This document shows, piece by piece, positions 31,301 to 39,712 of a DNA stretch of 64,000 bases. Position numbers and translations under genes: made by a program. The notes beneath the pieces were generated by a model. The model was not told where the DNA came from. It saw only the letters and a list, made by a program, of their open reading frames with translations, and made no database searches. The stretch is from IMG/VR virus record IMGVR_UViG_3300023178_001963. One strand, given 5' to 3'. The DNA is from a virus. How positions within the stretch are numbered: position 1 is the stretch's first letter; each line of letters starts with the position of its first letter.

Positions 31301-32665
31301 TGGAGAACTAACAACATCATTCAAATCATCTATAAAACTATTGATAGTTTCTTCAAGTGTGTCTTTGATCGTAAATTCGAATGGATACTCTGTTATATTA
31401 ACATTTGCCAAAGTTGCCATTTGTTGAATTATTGTACCTTCTAAGGTTATAATAGTTCCAGTTTCGTTAGTTGTAGTTGTGATATCTTTTAACTTGTTAA
31501 GTTTGAATGGTATAACTTTTGTAGTTGGTAATTGTGGGGCGTCAGTTGGATCATCTAAATTGTAACCATTAAAATTAATTTTCATATAATATGTAGCATC
31601 CGCAATAGATGCATAGCCCATAAGCATTACGATACCTATAAGTGTGTCATTTATACTAGTATTACCAACTTGTCTTAAGTCAAATGAAAGTGATACACCA
31701 GTACCTACCATTTTGTTTACATCACCTGACCCTGTTCCCATTGATCTTATTTGTAGATTATCTACTGTAAATTCTGTTGTTAACCCAGTTTTAGCAATAG
31801 TAACATAGTTAGAATTCTCTGCTGGCCACTGATTATTAATTATTTGTTCGAATGATACTGATTTAAAATTTAAAAAACTTTCTGACTCACCAACTGGAAC
31901 TACAAGAAATTCTAAATCATAACTATAGTTTTCATAAAAATCTAACTCATTTTCCCAAAATTGGTCTTCATCTTCTAACCAATTCAAAACTGATGTCATA
32001 TTTTCAAATGTAGTAGAATTAAATGTTGATACGTTATCTGTAGATCCTCTACGACCACCTCTTGATGTAGGTCCAGCGGTACTTGTTTGGATATCAGATC
32101 CTCTACGACCACCTCTTGATGTAGGTCCAGCGGTACTTGTTTGACTATCAGTACCCACTCCTTCTGGAAGTTCAGGTGCGATTTCCGATAATATATCAGG
32201 GTTACCTAATCCAGGTAATGTGTTATTTCCTAATTTAGAGGTTGGTGTGCTAACTTCACCATTTGCCATCTTTATACCATTTGAAACATGAGGTTTAAAA
32301 TAGTTTACAGCACTATTACCGCCCTCCATTCTAATCATAGCATTGATTACACGCTCTGTTGTTTTTGGATTGTTACGTAAATCTATAGGCTGATCTGGAT
32401 TAATACCAGTTTCTTTAGAAACAATACTAATGTAAGTTGCTGTACTGTTTTCATTAGGTGGCGCCCAACGACCAATAATATCTCGTAATGTTCTTTTGCC
32501 ATGCTTCTCTTGGTAAGTATAAAGAGTTTTTGTCATAGCACGAACACCGTGTTCAGGTGTAGCAAAGGTGACGAAAGAGCCGTCGTCGCCGACTTTTCCT
32601 TCCCATGCTGTTGAATTAGTCCTTATATTACCAGGATTATTATTACGTTGTGACCTTACCGCCAT
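28337..32665 (-). CDS. Large baseplate hub protein with N-terminal lysozyme-like NNPGNIR domain
   Basis: RNNNPGNIR..F.TPEHGVRA..RWAPPNEN; later IKGDPFW and FSGGMFTQT hub-type motifs; upstream of gp5. Confidence 0.65.
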   Translation of the reverse strand: MAVRSQRNNNPGNIRTNSTAWEGKVGDDGSFVTFATPEHGVRAMTKTLYTYQEKHGKRTLRDIIGRWAPPNENSTATYISIVSKETGINPDQPIDLRNNPKTTERVINAMIRMEGGNSAVNYFKPHVSNGIKMANGEVSTPTSKLGNNTLPGLGNPDILSEIAPELPEGVGTDSQTSTAGPTSRGGRRGSDIQTSTAGPTSRGGRRGSTDNVSTFNSTTFENMTSVLNWLEDEDQFWENELDFYENYSYDLEFLVVPVGESESFLNFKSVSFEQIINNQWPAENSNYVTIAKTGLTTEFTVDNLQIRSMGTGSGDVNKMVGTGVSLSFDLRQVGNTSINDTLIGIVMLMGYASIADATYYMKINFNGYNLDDPTDAPQLPTTKVIPFKLNKLKDITTTTNETGTIITLEGTIIQQMATLANVNITEYPFEFTIKDTLEETINSFIDDLNDVVSSPENTSYTAEQLRFLTEYEVRFDSSMDRFKSSSMISSTNVNTSAGNNTVSKRTNSINSGETVGNITPGLSVIDVLHDICIQSAEIKKEILVESETFNNVIRIEPDVIPKPGGYNVITGETGSTVIYNIIMKREFIDQNAANQLSKMQEVRKTLDEIFGTGRCRKVYYYHYTGLNDQILDLTVSLDRQLIKTYNTPKDSFTAFTFLKANSNLHIALSEKQQQKVDELQQQANDIQKLIDQKDGEAAKLQEEIAGEKSKLLSIMASQKRSTVANAPPGARDEFEKRFQTLQEALDNGDSVSLAALQREFPEEFAELKNNEGFNRLQQLDKQLKEINNQRNTEQANQNKIDSNIKRRFEEQLGIQLGDALQAQAAKQSATLSQFSNGGFILAEELGDDLISSKMDSKSFGALLDTLILNPLIFKRAIIPSLMEEKKPRVFKVPDQEEMELARQKFYESLDGDTSMHQLSMTIKGDPFWLEYYLTKEQQRTHFGQNNTNDNNKGFFTNINGNNYFVLVVNKADGVDEHDNIMVEELEIFIYLVRSTISSFSGGMFTQTFDAIRIPVPRFFKDIPRLEAIDIEEELDAFGGFGDTSIGVDGVTGGNGIFAVDEDGNIQGAGGNANVGGGDGNGFDSIAFQEGVDTAVSNPTVGNLSGLLSTLGGTNINTEDAQYLLNSMVAEFGEGVDGLPDDPELRSIYTELMTTAAGSAGIPITDLGFTESNSTPELDSITDNTDNVKKVETLTEELETVTEELDVFELDPEVEKERIKEKERLEEEKLIEENNTSPFVLDTVTVLTNPETGETETRVQVKPSLIDQPVIIPKPPGALPSPAIDNGDGTITVPITTATGDIITVSEEVSKELRAANDIWADVRKAIENLPRKEVQETFDFGDGNVETFTELYLVWDEFPDIPYTDANGNTQVLTAEDLGITSFSDNHGLTPAVMNNFISRIGNIFPNITTARRKQLDPENAGGPLRTEIGSLDVFTPIEEAE
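32042..32143. repeat. In-frame 54-bp tandem duplication (QTSTAGPTSRGGRRGS x2)
   Basis: 48 identical nt at 32042-32089 and 32096-32143. Confidence 0.95.
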
Positions 32666-32668
32666 TCT

Positions 32669-32959
32669 TTATCCCATTCGCTCAATATTCTTCTTTTGTG
32701 GAACTCTTATCATTGTACCAGCCTTAAAATCATTTATAGGATCTTGTATCGTATCTGGATTTCTTGCTGAAAAAATCCACCAATATTTCGATGTACCATA
32801 TTTTTCATAGCTGAACAAATCAGGCCTACCATCATATTGCTGAGGTATAAGAATTTCTTCATCTAGTGGATCTTTTTTAATATATCTTCTTTTTTGAATA
32901 TCTAAAATTCTATCATATAGAATAGTAGTATTACTCCATGGAGAATGTTTCTTATACAT
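32669..32959 (-). CDS. gp53: Baseplate wedge gp53-like (LysM-like) protein
   Basis: RPDLFSYEKYGTSKYWWIF..N..DPI.DF.AG..I.VP. Confidence 0.8.
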   Translation of the reverse strand: MYKKHSPWSNTTILYDRILDIQKRRYIKKDPLDEEILIPQQYDGRPDLFSYEKYGTSKYWWIFSARNPDTIQDPINDFKAGTMIRVPQKKNIERMG

Positions 32960-33545
32960 AACCTCTTCCTTTCAGTTGCCCACTAAGATAAGCATCTAGT
33001 GTGAAGTTTTCTCTTACATTTTTAGGAGAATATGTAGTTTGTAATGTCATAACAAATGTACTACTTACTGGAAGTCTGACAGGTTCTCCATTATCTAAAT
33101 TATCTACATCAATATAAGACATATCAGAATCTAAGTTATATGTAAAATCTGTTATAATAACAGGAACATTTACATACACGCCATGACCAGTAAAACGTAA
33201 TACAGGTGGTGGGAGACCTCTTTCTTTATCATTTAATCCAAATCTCATTTTCATGGAGCCTCTAAAAAAGTTCAATGCTTTTATGATATGTCTACCTTGC
33301 TCTTCGTTTTCAATTATGATTGGAGCAGCAATAGAAAAACTAGCATTAGCAGCACTTTCAAAAAATGCTTGTTGATAATTTGAATGTGTTGTGGCTGCCA
33401 CGTTATAGTTTGTATTGATTATACTACTAATAGTAGGCGTATAAGGAAAGTAAAAGGTATTTTCTTTCAAACCCGCCTCTTTCAATCTATTACTTGGGTC
33501 CTTTATAAAAACTGGTTGTTCTTCTATATATGGATTGTAAGCCAT
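32952..33545 (-). CDS. Tail tube initiator / baseplate-tube junction protein (gp48/gp54-like)
   Basis: FPYTPTI, GLPPPVLRF..VPVIITDFTY motifs; upstream of gp53. Confidence 0.65.
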   Translation of the reverse strand: MAYNPYIEEQPVFIKDPSNRLKEAGLKENTFYFPYTPTISSIINTNYNVAATTHSNYQQAFFESAANASFSIAAPIIIENEEQGRHIIKALNFFRGSMKMRFGLNDKERGLPPPVLRFTGHGVYVNVPVIITDFTYNLDSDMSYIDVDNLDNGEPVRLPVSSTFVMTLQTTYSPKNVRENFTLDAYLSGQLKGRGYV

Positions 33546-33567
33546 ACTGGTTCTCCTAAATCTTAGC

Positions 33568-33597
33568 AGTATTTATCTGCGTATAATGTACGAACTT
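33568..33597 (-). promoter_or_regulatory. Extended late promoter (copy 2)
   Basis: Reverse complement AAGTTCGTACATTATACGCAGATAAATACT; near-identical to 24628-24657. Confidence 0.75.
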
Positions 33598-33602
33598 AAC
33601 GC

Positions 33603-33631
33603 TTGACAACTGCTTTCTCTGGTTGTATAAT
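33603..33631 (+). promoter_or_regulatory. sigma70 promoter TTGACA-17-TATAAT for gp55-47-46
   Basis: Perfect consensus with 17-nt spacer. Confidence 0.9.
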
Positions 33632-33654
33632 TAATGTAATATTAGGAGTATACC

Positions 33655-34548
33655 ATGGCTAGACGAGGTCAAAATTATTTAAACAACAAAGATATGTTAA
33701 AACAAATCCACATATCTAAGTCAAACTTTTGTTGGTTTGAAGACAGAGATTTGTATCATAAATTTGATATTATTATTGATAATATATCAGGCGAATTAAA
33801 CATAAAAGAAGAAATTAACGGTCTAATGGATATGGCAAGACAAAATCGTGCTGACCGTTTACAGAAAGAAGCATGGGATCTAAACACAGACAAAAAGAAA
33901 AAACAAGCAGATTTTTCTGTGGATCCAACTTCATTCAATGAAGAAGAAATTGTATTTCGAGTAATGACTTATGAACACATTCCAGATGAACCCGGACGTA
34001 AACAAAACCCAAAGACAGTAGCAGATCATAAAGTGAAACTAAACTTCCCACCTTATAAGCATTACATTCTTAGAAATGATGAGGTCACTGAAGTTGGTAT
34101 TTCACATTTTAACAAAAATAAAGAGTTTGATTTAGAGTCTGGTCGTATCACGGCAACACTAGCAAACATGTATATCAAGTTAGTTGAGCGTTATTCGCAA
34201 CGTGCTAACTGGCGTGGTTATACATACATTGACGAAATGCGTGGACAAGCTCTACTACAGTTGACACAGATTGGTCTACAGTTTAATGAAGCGAAATCAG
34301 ATAACCCGTTTGCTTATTACACTGCCGCAGTGAACAACTCATTCACCCGTGTTCTTAATATTGAAAAGAAAAATCAAGGTATTCGTGATGACTTGTTAGA
34401 GAAGTCAGGACAAGCACCAAGTTGGACAAGGCAACTTGAACACGAAATGAAATCACAAGAACGTTGGAAAAAAGTTACCAGTACTAAGATTACAGACGAA
34501 CAAATCCCTACTGAAACTATTAAAGAGATTTACGCAGACGATGACTAA
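33655..34548 (+). CDS. gp55: Late-transcription sigma factor, gp55-like
   Basis: NYLNNKDML, RYSQRANWRGYTYIDEM, FNEAKSDNPFAYYT; T4 synteny 55-47-46. Confidence 0.88.
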   Translation: MARRGQNYLNNKDMLKQIHISKSNFCWFEDRDLYHKFDIIIDNISGELNIKEEINGLMDMARQNRADRLQKEAWDLNTDKKKKQADFSVDPTSFNEEEIVFRVMTYEHIPDEPGRKQNPKTVADHKVKLNFPPYKHYILRNDEVTEVGISHFNKNKEFDLESGRITATLANMYIKLVERYSQRANWRGYTYIDEMRGQALLQLTQIGLQFNEAKSDNPFAYYTAAVNNSFTRVLNIEKKNQGIRDDLLEKSGQAPSWTRQLEHEMKSQERWKKVTSTKITDEQIPTETIKEIYADDD

Positions 34549-35551
34549 ACTATTCGACAAATTAGCATTCTTTACAGACATTCACTATGGTATGCGAAAT
34601 AATGCAAGACAGCATAATGAAGACTGTGACGCATTTGTAGACTGGTTCATTGAACAAGCACACGCTAAAGGATGTGAGACTTGTATCTTTGGTGGAGACT
34701 GGCACCACAATCGTGCTAGTCTTAATATCTCTACTATGAAGTGGAGTATTCAAGGATTAAGAAAGCTAAGTGAAGCATTTGACAATGTTTATATGATTTT
34801 AGGTAACCACGATTTGTTTTATCGGGAAAGCCGTGATATAAACTCTGTTGAATTTGTAGAAGAATTAGAAAATGTTCATCTAATCAGAGATACACATGTA
34901 GAAGGTGACGTTGCGCTAGTTAGTTGGTTAGTTGGAGATGAATGGAAAAAAGTACCGAAAGTAAAATCAAAATATATGTTTGGTCACTTTGAACTTCCGT
35001 ACTTTATGTTGAATGCTATGGTTGAAATGCCAGATCACGGCGGACTAAAATCTGAAATGTTTCAGAACCAAGATTATGTTTTCACGGGTCACTTTCATAA
35101 GCGACAAGTAAAAGGTAATGTTATCTATACCGGTAATGCATTCCCGCATAATTTTTCTGATGCGTGGGATGATGAACGTGGGTGGATGTACTTAGAATGG
35201 GATAAAGAGCCAGAGTTTTTTGCTTGGTCAGATGCTCCTAAATATAAGACTATCAAACTATCTCAACTCTTAGATAGCCCAGATAAGTATTTGTTACCCA
35301 AATCATCCATACGTATCTCTTTAGATATCGATATTTCATATGAAGAAGCAAACTTCATCAAAGATACATTTGTAGAAACCTATGACTTAAGAGATATCAC
35401 ACTTGTACCTATCAAGTTATCAGAACACACTGAAGATGTAGGTGCTGAGATACATTTTGAAACAATAGACCAAATTGTTGTTTCGCAGCTATCTGCACTT
35501 GATGGTAGTTACAATACAAATACTCTTATAGAGATATATAACGGACTATAA
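34541..35551 (+). CDS. gp47: Recombination endonuclease subunit (Mre11/SbcD-like)
   Basis: TDIHYG, GGDWHH, GNHD, GHFE, TGHFH phosphoesterase motifs. Confidence 0.92.
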   Translation: MTKLFDKLAFFTDIHYGMRNNARQHNEDCDAFVDWFIEQAHAKGCETCIFGGDWHHNRASLNISTMKWSIQGLRKLSEAFDNVYMILGNHDLFYRESRDINSVEFVEELENVHLIRDTHVEGDVALVSWLVGDEWKKVPKVKSKYMFGHFELPYFMLNAMVEMPDHGGLKSEMFQNQDYVFTGHFHKRQVKGNVIYTGNAFPHNFSDAWDDERGWMYLEWDKEPEFFAWSDAPKYKTIKLSQLLDSPDKYLLPKSSIRISLDIDISYEEANFIKDTFVETYDLRDITLVPIKLSEHTEDVGAEIHFETIDQIVVSQLSALDGSYNTNTLIEIYNGL

Positions 35552-35552
35552 C

Positions 35553-36149
35553 ATGGAAAACAAACGTGTACTAATAACAGGAAATAGAGACTATGGACTT
35601 TGTAAAGCGATATGCGATCTTTTTGATACTGTGGGTGGTATTGATTATAGTGCTTGTAGTAGGAGCACTGGCTGGCAGCTAGACAAATCTGACGAACAGG
35701 ATAGACTAGCACAAAAATTTATTGACGATGATTTCAATGTATTCATCAATAATGCAGCACTTTGGAAGTACCAACAAACTCTTATCTTAGAAACGTTTTA
35801 TACAAAGTTACTAGAAGAAAAACGAACGGCGCACATTATAAGTATGGGTTCGACAGCAGATACTGGTGTTAAGGGTAGAACATGGCGATACCCAACTGAA
35901 AAGAAATCACTAAAGGTATACAACAGAGACTTAACTTATATGACTATCGGCGGTTCAAATGTCAAAACAACACTTTTATCTCCGGGTAGCTTAACAACAC
36001 CAAGTGTAGTTAAGAAGCATCCGGATAGAAAACTAATAGATGTTGAATACATAGCTGAAGTTATTTTATGGTTGATTCAACAACCAGATTATGTTAATAT
36101 CAATGAGATTAGTTTAGATCCAATTCAATCTGGACATTTCGCAAGATAA
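35553..36149 (+). CDS. Short-chain dehydrogenase/reductase
   Basis: VLITG..YGL, FINNA, SMGS, YxxxK (YPTEK), SPG. Confidence 0.8.
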   Translation: MENKRVLITGNRDYGLCKAICDLFDTVGGIDYSACSRSTGWQLDKSDEQDRLAQKFIDDDFNVFINNAALWKYQQTLILETFYTKLLEEKRTAHIISMGSTADTGVKGRTWRYPTEKKSLKVYNRDLTYMTIGGSNVKTTLLSPGSLTTPSVVKKHPDRKLIDVEYIAEVILWLIQQPDYVNINEISLDPIQSGHFAR

Positions 36150-36159
36150 AGGTGAACAT

Positions 36160-37956
36160 TTGTTAAAAATTAAGAATATTACTATACGTAATTTTATGAG
36201 CGTAGGTAATGTAACACAGGCTATTGACTTACAACGTGATAATCTAACTCTTGTTCTAGGTAATAACTTAGATTTGGGAGGTGATGGATCACGTAATGGT
36301 ACAGGTAAGACAACACTTATCAATGCTTTATCGTATGGATTGTACGGTAACGCACTAACAAACATCAAAAAAGATAATCTAATTAACAAAACTAATAGTA
36401 AAGGTATGTTAGTAACTGTTGATTTTGAATATAATGGAAGTGAATTTAGAATTGAACGTGGTCGTAGACCTAACGTTTTTAGATTAATACGTGATGGAGT
36501 AGATGTAAATGAATCACAAGATGAAGCACAAGGTGAAATGCGTCAAACACAGGTGGAAGTTGACTCTATTATTGGTATTTCACATGGTATGTTTAAACAT
36601 ATTGTTGCGCTGAATACGTATACAGAACCTTTCTTGTCAATGAGAGCTGGTGATCAACGTGAAATTATTGAAGAATTATTAGGTATTACTGAGTTATCTC
36701 GCAAAGCAGATAAACTAAAAGACGATATCAAAGACACGAAAGAACAAATGAAAGAAGAAGAATATCGATTAAAATCTATCGAAGAGGCTAATCAACGTAT
36801 TCTTAAATCTATCAAGGATATTGAACGTAGACAACGTATCTGGTCAGAGAAACATGAAAAAGAATTATCAGATTTAGAGTCTGGTTTAGATTCTTTATCT
36901 CACATTGATATTGATACTGAAATAAAAAATCAATCATTGTTATCAGAATACAACGAAAAGAAAACACGTTTAGACGAAGCAGTAAAATGGATTAACAGTA
37001 TTGATACTGAGAATATCAAACAACACAAAGTAATAGAAAAACTAGATGCTGAAATTTTAATGCTGAAAGAACACAAGTGTTATGCTTGTGGTCAGGAAAT
37101 GCATGACAGTAAACAAGAAAGTATACTTGCTTCTAAAGAAGAACAAAAACTAGAAGCAGCTAAAACACTGGAAGAAAATAATGTAAGATATAAAGAGTAT
37201 ACTAGTGTAATAGATGATATCGGTGATTTAGGAGATAAACCTGAAGTATTCTACAATTCTTTACAAGATGCGTATGAACATCAAAATTCTGTAAGAATGT
37301 TACAAGAACAAATCGATAGTAAAAGAAAAACAGAAGACCCTTATTCAGAACAAATCAAAGATATGCGTGACAGTTCACTAGAAGAACTAGACTACACAAC
37401 TATGAATAGTCTATCGTCTTATAAAGACCATCAGGAGTTCTTACTAAAGTTACTTACAAATAAAGATAGTTTCATACGTAAGAAAATTATCGATCAAAAC
37501 TTATCTTATTTGAACAACCGTTTAGATTTCTACTTAGAAAAGTTAGGTCTACCACACGAAGTCAAATTCCAATCTGATTTGTCAGTTGAAATTACCGAAC
37601 TTGGACGTGACTTAGACTTTGATAACTTATCACGTGGAGAACGTAACAGACTTATTCTTGGACTTTCATGGGCATTCCGTGATATTTTTGAATCACTTTA
37701 TTCGACAATCAATGTTATGTTTGTTGACGAACTTATTGACAGCGGTATGGATTCAAATGGAGTTGAAGCATCACTAGCAGTTCTTAAGAAGATGGTACGT
37801 GATAGAGGACGTTCACTGTTCTTGGTATCACACCGTGAAGAACTTCAAGGTCGAGTAAGTGATGTGCTAAATGTTATAAAAGAAAACGGCTTTACTACTT
37901 TCACACAAGAAGAAGAAATGGTAGAACCTGGTGTAGAACTGGAAACTGTAATATGA
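36160..37956 (+). CDS. gp46: Recombination endonuclease ATPase (Rad50/SbcC-like)
   Basis: Walker A NGTGKT, zinc hook CYAC, signature LSRGE, Walker B FVDE, VSH; TTG start. Confidence 0.93.
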   Translation: MLKIKNITIRNFMSVGNVTQAIDLQRDNLTLVLGNNLDLGGDGSRNGTGKTTLINALSYGLYGNALTNIKKDNLINKTNSKGMLVTVDFEYNGSEFRIERGRRPNVFRLIRDGVDVNESQDEAQGEMRQTQVEVDSIIGISHGMFKHIVALNTYTEPFLSMRAGDQREIIEELLGITELSRKADKLKDDIKDTKEQMKEEEYRLKSIEEANQRILKSIKDIERRQRIWSEKHEKELSDLESGLDSLSHIDIDTEIKNQSLLSEYNEKKTRLDEAVKWINSIDTENIKQHKVIEKLDAEILMLKEHKCYACGQEMHDSKQESILASKEEQKLEAAKTLEENNVRYKEYTSVIDDIGDLGDKPEVFYNSLQDAYEHQNSVRMLQEQIDSKRKTEDPYSEQIKDMRDSSLEELDYTTMNSLSSYKDHQEFLLKLLTNKDSFIRKKIIDQNLSYLNNRLDFYLEKLGLPHEVKFQSDLSVEITELGRDLDFDNLSRGERNRLILGLSWAFRDIFESLYSTINVMFVDELIDSGMDSNGVEASLAVLKKMVRDRGRSLFLVSHREELQGRVSDVLNVIKENGFTTFTQEEEMVEPGVELETVI

Positions 37957-38273
37957 CAAAAGAAATTTATACATTAAAAAAATGGAAAACTAAGTGGTGG
38001 GACGCAGAAGAAGCGTACATTGAATGGTGTTCTGATTTTGATAGAGCAGATGAAAATGACGAAGTAAAAGAACTTATGGAAGACTTCATAGCAGATAAAG
38101 CGTTTATAGAAACATGCAGTTTAGATAAAAATGATAATCTTGTTGTTATCCGTGAATGGAACGATGACAGTGATTATATGAGATATGATATGTTATCAGA
38201 GTTTCCAATGATGACCATTAAAGATGAACTAGAAACACTAGGTTGGGAAATAGAAAAAGAAAAAGACGATTAG
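37953..38273 (+). CDS. Hypothetical acidic protein
   Basis: 106-aa ORF overlapping the gp46 stop. Confidence 0.65.
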   Translation: MTKEIYTLKKWKTKWWDAEEAYIEWCSDFDRADENDEVKELMEDFIADKAFIETCSLDKNDNLVVIREWNDDSDYMRYDMLSEFPMMTIKDELETLGWEIEKEKDD

Positions 38274-38276
38274 TAC

Positions 38277-38305
38277 TTGACATTATTAACGAATCGTACT
38301 ATATA
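38277..38305 (+). promoter_or_regulatory. sigma70-type early promoter with CGAATCG in the spacer
   Basis: TTGACA 38277, CGAATCG 38290-38296, TATATA 38300. Confidence 0.65.
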
Positions 38306-38335
38306 TAAGATATCAGAAACATTAAGGAAAGTAAA

Positions 38336-38590
38336 ATGTCAGAAGAACCATTTAAAGTATATAAAGCACACAAGATGCTAGACTGGATTGAGGGTCATGT
38401 CACGGAATGGGCATATGGTTTGATCCAAGAACATTTTGGTGTAGAAAGCCCAAGCGAACTTAGCCGGGAACAACTAGACGAAGTTATCTCAGAGTGGGAA
38501 GAAATGTGCGATTATGACGGCATGCTTGCTCTAGGTTTCCGTAATGCTATTGGTGAATGGGAAAACGAAAATGATGAATATTTAATTTAA
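38336..38590 (+). CDS. Hypothetical early protein
   Basis: TAAGGA RBS, own promoter, 84 aa. Confidence 0.75.
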   Translation: MSEEPFKVYKAHKMLDWIEGHVTEWAYGLIQEHFGVESPSELSREQLDEVISEWEEMCDYDGMLALGFRNAIGEWENENDEYLI

Positions 38591-38597
38591 AAAAGTG

Positions 38598-38626
38598 TTG
38601 ACAAGCGAATCATAATATGCTATAGT
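38598..38626 (+). promoter_or_regulatory. sigma70-type promoter TTGACA-17-(TGc)TATAGT with CGAATCA in the spacer
   Basis: TTGACA 38598, CGAATCA 38606-38612, extended -10 TGCTATAGT. Confidence 0.8.
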
Positions 38627-38632
38627 AATATT

Positions 38633-38745
38633 ATATAAGGAAGTTAGTGTCTCCTCTCACCTCTCTCATCACTACTAGCTTCTTTATAGTTTCAACACAG
38701 AGCATGAAACTAACCCGGTGCAGTCATGCATCGGGTTTTTCTTTT
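38633..38745 (+). ncRNA. Candidate small RNA (~110 nt) with CU-rich anti-SD loop
   Basis: Lies between a promoter and an intrinsic terminator; 12-bp stem 38637-48/38674-85 enclosing CUCCUCUCACCUCUCUC; 8-bp stem 38687-94/38705-12. Confidence 0.65.
38713..38745 (+). terminator. Intrinsic terminator
   Basis: ACCCGGTGCA-GTCA-TGCATCGGGT then TTTTCTTTT. Confidence 0.85.
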
Positions 38746-38760
38746 AAATGGAGTTTAATA

Positions 38761-38937
38761 ATGAGCATTACACGGGCACAATCACCAAAGTTAGAAAAAG
38801 AACGTGAGGAAGCAGATAAAGCTATAAAAGAATTTCTAAAAAAAGGTGGTAAAATTAAAAAGATACCAGACGGTGTACACACCGAAGCGAAAGATATGAA
38901 GTACAAATATCGTAGAGGTGCTAAAAAGAAAGAATAA
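38761..38937 (+). CDS. Small basic protein resembling the SutA RNA-polymerase-binding domain
   Basis: GGAG RBS before ATG 38761; KEREEADKAIKEFLKKGGKIKKIP resembles recalled SutA KERDALAKAMEEFLSRGGKVQEIE. Confidence 0.6.
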   Translation: MSITRAQSPKLEKEREEADKAIKEFLKKGGKIKKIPDGVHTEAKDMKYKYRRGAKKKE

Positions 38938-38948
38938 TAAATACTTGT

Positions 38949-39185
38949 ATGACAACAAGTAAATTCTTAGAATGGGCGCAATTATTCACAGGATGTACTG
39001 CGGCACTTATAGTGTCCGCTAATTTAGGAGACACATGGGTTTTTTGGGCTATGTGTCTTTTCTTTATTAAAGACAGTATGATGGGAGTGTTTGCATATAT
39101 CAACAGCTATCCAGGTATTGTAATGTCTAGTGCGATATATGTACCTATAGATGCTCTAGGCATCTACAGATGGTGGTTATTTTAA
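38949..39185 (+). CDS. Small membrane protein
   Basis: Three hydrophobic segments, C-terminal GIYRWW. Confidence 0.65.
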   Translation: MTTSKFLEWAQLFTGCTAALIVSANLGDTWVFWAMCLFFIKDSMMGVFAYINSYPGIVMSSAIYVPIDALGIYRWWLF

Positions 39186-39712
39186 TTAGTACCTTTAATT
39201 GATTTACTTTCTACTTCCTCAGAACACTTATTCCAAAACAATTCAGCTCCCAGGAACCACCACTTACCGTGATGTCTACTTTGATACTCAACACCCGGTT
39301 GTACAAACATGCCGCTGTGAAACTCTTTATCCTGTATCATTACATATTCACCCTTGCGTGTGATTTTAATGAACAAAATGTTCAAATCCTTTTCTTCGGC
39401 AACTTCCATTGTTTGGTCTATCCAAGACTCTAGTTGTGCTACAGGGTTACCAGTAATAATTTGATGAAATGGTAGGTCCGCATAATTCTTGCATTCACAG
39501 TTAAAGTAAGTCCAGTTATCAGGTGGAATAATATCACCTTTAAAACTTCTCACTTGTCCCTCACTTAGCGTTATAGTTCGGTAGTTATTACTTCCTCCGA
39601 TATATGCTCCGCTATTAGGTACTCGTACAAAAGAACCGCCATATTTCTCACTAAGGAACTTAGCCATTTGTCTTTCATAACTACTTCCTTTTGTTTTACT
39701 TTTACTTGCCAT
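39182..39712 (-). CDS. Holliday junction resolvase-like PD-(D/E)xK nuclease
   Basis: SKTKGSSYER..RVPNSGA..GDI..ECKNY (Hjc-type). Confidence 0.75.
   Translation of the reverse strand: MASKSKTKGSSYERQMAKFLSEKYGGSFVRVPNSGAYIGGSNNYRTITLSEGQVRSFKGDIIPPDNWTYFNCECKNYADLPFHQIITGNPVAQLESWIDQTMEVAEEKDLNILFIKITRKGEYVMIQDKEFHSGMFVQPGVEYQSRHHGKWWFLGAELFWNKCSEEVESKSIKGTN

Noticed and set aside
38647-38760. N-terminal part of the 96-aa ORF 38647-38937
   Set aside because: GTG start lies in the sRNA stem and the frame crosses a terminator; ATG 38761 has a GGAG RBS.
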